From Octopus sinensis (Eukaryota): a DNA stretch of 41,170 nt. The DNA lies in assembly GCF_006345805.1 (NCBI RefSeq), contig NW_021835364.1, positions 1 to 41,170 of the forward strand, read 5' to 3'. The notes below the pieces were generated by a model, which saw nothing but the letters and a program-made list of their open reading frames with translations, made no database searches and was not told where the DNA came from. The position numbers and the translations under genes are program-made. Shown here piece by piece: positions 34,819 through 41,170 of the stretch (within the stretch, counting starts at the first letter, position 1; every line of letters starts with the position of its first letter).

Positions 34819-36211
34819 GAACGTAAAGAGCTGGAAAACTTATAGTTGTGAGTAGAATGGTAGAGTTAATCTGTTACCCCGTTTAACACTGCTCCCTACA
34901 ACAACAATTCCTGAATCATAGTTTCCTCCCTATTTGCAACATCAGACTCTGAAGCCTTAGAAAGGTCATGGGTACTTAATCAACCTTCCCATCTCATCTC
35001 AGCGGTGATAAGATATATTAAAAAGTCTGGCGATTATGTAGAAATTCTCTTGTTGAACCGAGTCGTACAATAATGGTGGAAGACATTTTGGTGGACGTAT
35101 AAATGGATCAGAATTTCATGGGTCGTTACGCAGAACAATCATTATTTTACTTTCATTGGGGGTATCCTTTACTATTTAATTCAAAATGGTTTTGTAGGAG
35201 AGGTGGAAAGGAAACGGGAAATCACATCCCTGATTTGAAGAATGCTTCGTTATAAAAGTGTCAGCAACATATATGCTGAATATATGTATGCTTAGGTTCG
35301 AGTTACTGGCCATTTGGAGCTGAAATATTTTGTGGATCTTAAAACTAAATCCATCATTTGTAACGTGATTATGTAAAGAATACGAGTTTGATATGAAAGG
35401 TTATTATCACAAACTTAAATAAGTATAGCTGCAATGATAAAGGAGCTTCTCATTTATGTGTTGGTTTATCATCAGAGAAATTCTTCTAAGAGAGATGTTA
35501 AGAGGTAGAGTTGTGTGATTTTTATATCTCAGTGTTAGCAAATATGGAAAGAAAAACGGTTTTGAACAGTTTAATGGGAGGAATACTGTCAGGTTAAGCA
35601 CATTGATGGTGACCTTATGTCTGAAGAATTGGTTTAACTGACCAGCAGTGAGACAAGAGTCAAGAGTAATGTAGAAAAAAAAGGAGTCAAGAGGGATGTA
35701 TCTCTGTGTGTGCGTGTGTGTGCGTGTAAGTGTAAGTATGTGTGTGTGTGTGTGAATTGTTGCTCGTGTTATTTAGCTATAGAGCAATCCTGGTCAAAAA
35801 GCTGTATGAAGAAAGCCGTCGCAGTCTTGGCCACTGCATCAAGTTTATGTCTAAGACCCCATTTGATAATGCGTTGCTTCTTTCTTTAAAACAAAAGGCT
35901 GTGATTTAAGGGGGAAATGGCTGCTATCTTATAGCAGGCCAATCATTACTTGCTAGTTTATTGTTTAGAGTGAAAACTGGAGATAAATGTAAAGTAGACG
36001 ACAAACATGGTGACCTCGTCCGTGTTGATGCTAATTCTAGAAATGAGTGATGATGTAGAATGGCCGATTAGGGACGTGAGCATAGAGCGATAATGTCAGG
36101 CGATGGTTAGAAGAATTATTAGAAATTTGGTTGATGCACAGGTACAGCTGGAGAAATATTAGTCACACACACACACACATAAACACACACACACATGCAC
36201 ACACAAACACA

Positions 36212-36242
<31 letters not shown>

Positions 36243-36401
36243 CAAAATCTTTATAAATTATATTTGTAGCTACCACAATTTCCAGTATCTATTAAAGTTG
36301 AGATCTATCAGTCAACTTCTTTGCATGTTAGATAAATATTTAAGTTTTAATTTACGTACTTTGTTTGTCTAAACGAAGTTTATTATTATCTTTGACTTTT
36401 A

Positions 36402-37310
36402 ATGAAAATGAGAATACCACAACAGAAAGCGCAATGTGTATCTTGGTTCATTGAGACCAAATCAGACACTCAGGCCGAGCAGAATTACCACACGAAGTAT
36501 GGAAAAGAACCACCAACTTGTGTAAGCATCTGTGCCTGGCATAAAAAGTTTATGGAAACAGGAAGCGTCCAACAAAAGAAAAAGTGCGGGCGACCAAGAT
36601 CATCTGTGGAAGATGTTGAATGAATTCGAGCAGCATTTCACCGTAGTCCTACTAAGTCCATTTGTACTGCAAGTAACCATTTAAATTTACCACGGTCAAC
36701 AATTCACAAAGTTCTACACCAGAAACTAAAGACTAACGCTTATTAAAGTGCAACTTTTGCTAACACATCAGCCAGATGACAAACCGAAAAGAAACAATTT
36801 GCAGTGGACATGTTAGCTCTATTACATGAAGGGGAAAGCTTTCTTTGAAAAATTTGTTTCAGTGATGAAGCAACACTTCATGTATCAGAAATGTTAAATA
36901 AGCACATCAGGATCTGGGATTTGGAAAAACCCACACGTAACAAGAGAACCGGACCAAAACAGCCAAAAGGTTACTGCTTGGTGCGGCCTCATGTTTTGTT
37001 GGGCTATTGTCTCATTCTTTGCAGAAGAATCGATTATTTCCAACACTTACCTTGATTTTTTTTACAAGAATTTGCTTTACCGCGGTTGCACCAACTGAAA
37101 CCAAAATTTATTTTCAAACAAGACTTCTTATAGGACTGCATTAAAGACAAAATCTAGCATAAAAAAGTTCAAGACTTCAGTGATCTCAGGGGACAAAATA
37201 AGCCAAGCCATGCCCAACATTGAAGAGGGGATGTTCGAACGCATACGCTCAGAAACTGAGCATCGTGTAGATGTGGTGCCTGCAACCAGTGGTATCTATG
37301 TGGTAGTGTT
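36402..37310 (+). pseudogene. Decayed Tc1/mariner transposase (DUF4817-type N-terminus, rosa/DD41D-like), internally deleted
   Basis: PQQKAQCVSWFIETKS...WHKKFMETGSV...GRPRSS, RSPTKS, FSDEATLHVS, NPH, AWCGL, IFKQD followed by a jump to the C-terminal IKDK region; stops and frameshifts. Confidence 0.85.
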
Positions 37311-37454
37311 CGGCTCTTTCTACTAAAATCTTGTTTGTTTACCTATGTTTTTCAATAAACTCTTTTGAGTTATCCGTAATTTTCATTTTCTTCTGAATTT
37401 TTCAAATTGTATAGGTAATTTACGGACACTGTGTGTGTGTGTGTGTATGTATGC

Positions 37455-37508
<54 letters not shown>

Positions 37509-37515
37509 TATATAT

Positions 37516-37555
<40 letters not shown>

Positions 37556-37565
37556 TTGTATATAT

Positions 37566-37615
<50 letters not shown>

Positions 37616-38876
37616 TTGTATATATATATATATATATATACATATATTGTATATATATATATATAATATATATATATATATGTATGTTGTGTATATACAT
37701 ATATGTAGGTATGTTATGTATGTATGTATAAACATGTACATATAATTGACATGGAATAAGTCACAACAAACGACCAAATTTTGATGTACACACGCGCATG
37801 TGCACCTGTATGCGTGTTTGTGTGTGTATCTGAATAATTTTCAAATGCATTGACAATGTATTTCTGTGCAAAGCCTAAGTATATATATATTATACGCGCT
37901 TTCCATCACCTGTAGGACCTCAAGATAGATGCTTGTCCAAAGTGAACACACTTAGGTGCAATCGTTGATGACCAAAAAAAAAAAAAAAGACAAGTCGTAC
38001 TGTAAAGTGGAAATGGAACTAAGAGGTCAATCTCCCCAGGTGTGTCCTACAATTATGGTTATAACATTTAGATCACAGAATTGAGCTAAATTTTCTCTAA
38101 ACACACCGAGTAAGTAACTCATGGAAAGTCTTCCAAGAGACACGGTATGTTCGGCGCCAAATGCGTTGCTGTTTCAATCCTGTCGGGTCTCTTCACCTTT
38201 GAAGTGGACAACTTCAGGTGGTCAGATTGTATAAATATTCTATACCGTCTCCCCTACTTCTCTCTTTATTTATCTATACAAACTCATGTACAAGGTATAC
38301 TCAGGTATATAAAAATACATTTGTAAATGTATATACCCACACAGACACACACATAGACGTACAGACACGCTCATTCTCATATCTATATGTATGCATGAAT
38401 ACATGCAGACACACATATATCTATATACATATGTCTATGCACGTACGCACGCGCGTGTACAAATAGATAGATGCGTGTATAAGTGGATGTATCAATAGTT
38501 CTATCGAAACATGTGTTCGTCCTTGTGTACGTGTTTATATAAACGTTAAATTGAAACTCATTTCCCATTTCTGAAGATATTCACCAAAGTTAAGTTAGAA
38601 ATACTTCTGTTTTATTATTAAGTTAAAGCTGTATAAATAACTTTATACACATATACATATGCACACATACACTCAGATACATATAGATGAAAATGTGACT
38701 CATATACATACATGAATGTACACAGAATAGAAGATACGACCATTAAAATATCTGAATTCTTATTCACTTAACCCACCCTCTCATCTGTCTTGTCTTTTCT
38801 TTTAATATTACATATATACTATTTCCTTTTGAAATACGAAAGGAAATTTTTTACAGAAATTTTCTACACATTAAAC

Positions 38877-38907
<31 letters not shown>

Positions 38908-39218
38908 TATACATGCATGTGTGTTTAATGTGTACATGTGCGTAAATATAAGTTATATACAGATTCTTCGATTTGAACCGTATCCAGTTAGTTATATGAG
39001 TGTTTGTTCAAGCGTGTAAGTATACACTCGAAACAATCTCTCCTGTTCAACTTATGTGTGTATGTATATACACATGCACATAATGTATTTACACACATAC
39101 ACATGCTTATATTTAGTAAAGTGTTCTAGCTACATATACAAATATATATAAGTATATGTACATATACATACATACAAACATACATACATACATACACCAC
39201 ACACACAAACACATATAT

Positions 39219-39255
<37 letters not shown>

Positions 39256-39388
39256 GTGGTATGTATGTTATATTGTATATATATATAAGTATATAAATTG
39301 TGTGGATAAATATATAAAGGAATAAAATTTCATCAATACTTTATATGTATACAATATACACTAACATAATATATATATAATATATATA

Positions 39389-39441
<53 letters not shown>

Positions 39442-39900
39442 TATAATATATATATATCTATTATATATATATATATATATATGTATAATACATATAAATA
39501 CATATACATAAATTCACAAATGCTGTCAGTCAGACGAGTCCACCCCCCGCTCCCACGCTCTCCATTTGTACGAGTTCCCTTTACCGATGTTTTTTTCCAG
39601 TCGTTGAAATAATTTTATTTCCAATTTACAATATTTCTATTTTGCTATATTTCTCATATTTTCTTCATATGTGTCCCCACCCTAAAATTCATTCATTTTT
39701 TTTTCATCAGCTTTCTTTTTCTTTTCTTTTTTTTTGTTTCTTCCTTATGCCGAAATAACTTCGAACACAAGTTTTTTTCATAATGTACTGAATGGGCAAT
39801 TTTCACTATTGAAATTGCATTATTCCTTTCTGTTTCGTAATATAATATACATTATCTATATACGTATATTTATAAATGTGGGTGTATAATATATATATAT

Positions 39901-39945
<45 letters not shown>

Positions 39946-40917
39946 TATATATATATATTTATATTAAACACATGTATCTCTGTGGTATGTGTATGTGTGT
40001 GTGTAAAGGAAGTACGTATATACATGTATGGGCCTTTTGTAATCTGTATATAAGTTTATACTTACATGGTCACAGACATACATAAATACTCATGTGTATT
40101 CATTTATATAAATTTGTATATTAAAATTTATATACTTACATATAATTTTTATTCATATGTATCTATGATATATAATATATATATATATATATATAACATA
40201 TATATATAGACATATATATGTATAATTTCATATACAATTCTATATGTATGTATATGCATGTATACATGAATGTATATGTGTGTGTGCGTATATATATATA
40301 TATTATATATATATATACATATATGTGTATGTATGTATATATGTATGTATATGCATACACACAGCCATTCAAAAGATTTTATTTACACACATAAATACAT
40401 AGTAACACCCACCCACACACACATATATATGTATGTGTGTGTGTATGTATATTTGTATATTATATCTAGATATAAGCATTTTACCTTATTTTAATTTACT
40501 AAATTCAATACATTCCACCCCTCCTTCATCTCCCCGTCTATGCCGCCCAACACTTCGCACCTTTCCCCCCTCTTTCTCACCTCGGCTCTTTTTACCTCTT
40601 TCTCTCCCTCACACACATACACTTACTCCTTACCTTTCTTTCTCTTCCCCTCTCATGGCTATCTCCTCTCCCTGCAACTCTACCCTGAGACTTCATCACA
40701 CATGAAAAACCAACCAGACGTTTCTCTTCCCCCTCCTCTCCCTCCTCTCACCTATTTTAATTCATTTTTTTCAGCTCTTTTTTTCCCTTTTTCCTTTTCC
40801 TTACCGTCGCCGAATCTTCTCCACCCCAGTAATTCCTTCTAAACCTCACTCCACGAACCCCCTCTCTCTCCATTTGGACCTTCACTACCATATTATATTT
40901 CTCACCTTCTACTTTCC

Positions 40918-40924
40918 CTACTTT

Positions 40925-40963
<39 letters not shown>

Positions 40964-40990
40964 CATTCTTTCTTTCTTTCTCATTCTTTT

Positions 40991-41025
<35 letters not shown>

Positions 41026-41130
41026 CATTCTTTCTTTCTCTCTTTCTTTCTTTCTTTCTCATTCTTTCTTTCTGTCTTTCTTTCTTTCTTTCTCATTCTT
41101 TCTTTCTTTCTTTCTTTCTCATTCTTTTTA
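40918..41130. repeat. (TTTC)n microsatellite
   Basis: Direct inspection. Confidence 0.97.
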
Positions 41131-41170
41131 CTCTTTCATTCACTTGTTCGTTCATGTTTCGTTCTTTTTT

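Overview
Eukaryotic, AT-rich, microsatellite-saturated DNA. The SINE families and repeat landscape point to an octopus or other coleoid cephalopod (inference, no search run). There is no CRISPR array, rRNA gene or genuine tRNA gene, and nearly all long ORFs in the track are microsatellite translations. The window holds many tRNA-derived SINEs, several MITE/foldback elements, and remnants of Tx1, R4/Dong, HERO-like, CR1-group, RTE and Tc1/mariner elements. It also has four splice-supported, frame-compatible exons of an unidentified minus-strand gene (18469-26602). Three observations stand out. (1) A 446-bp unit (6378-6852) has terminal direct repeats, an apparently intact type I hammerhead ribozyme and a 52-nt GT-AG intron, making it Penelope pseudo-LTR or retrozyme-like. 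(2) One SINE family shares its 3' tail with the Tx1-clade LINE inserted in (TATC)n. (3) Different retroelement clades each sit inside a different microsatellite type. Coordinates were read by eye and may be off by a few bases.
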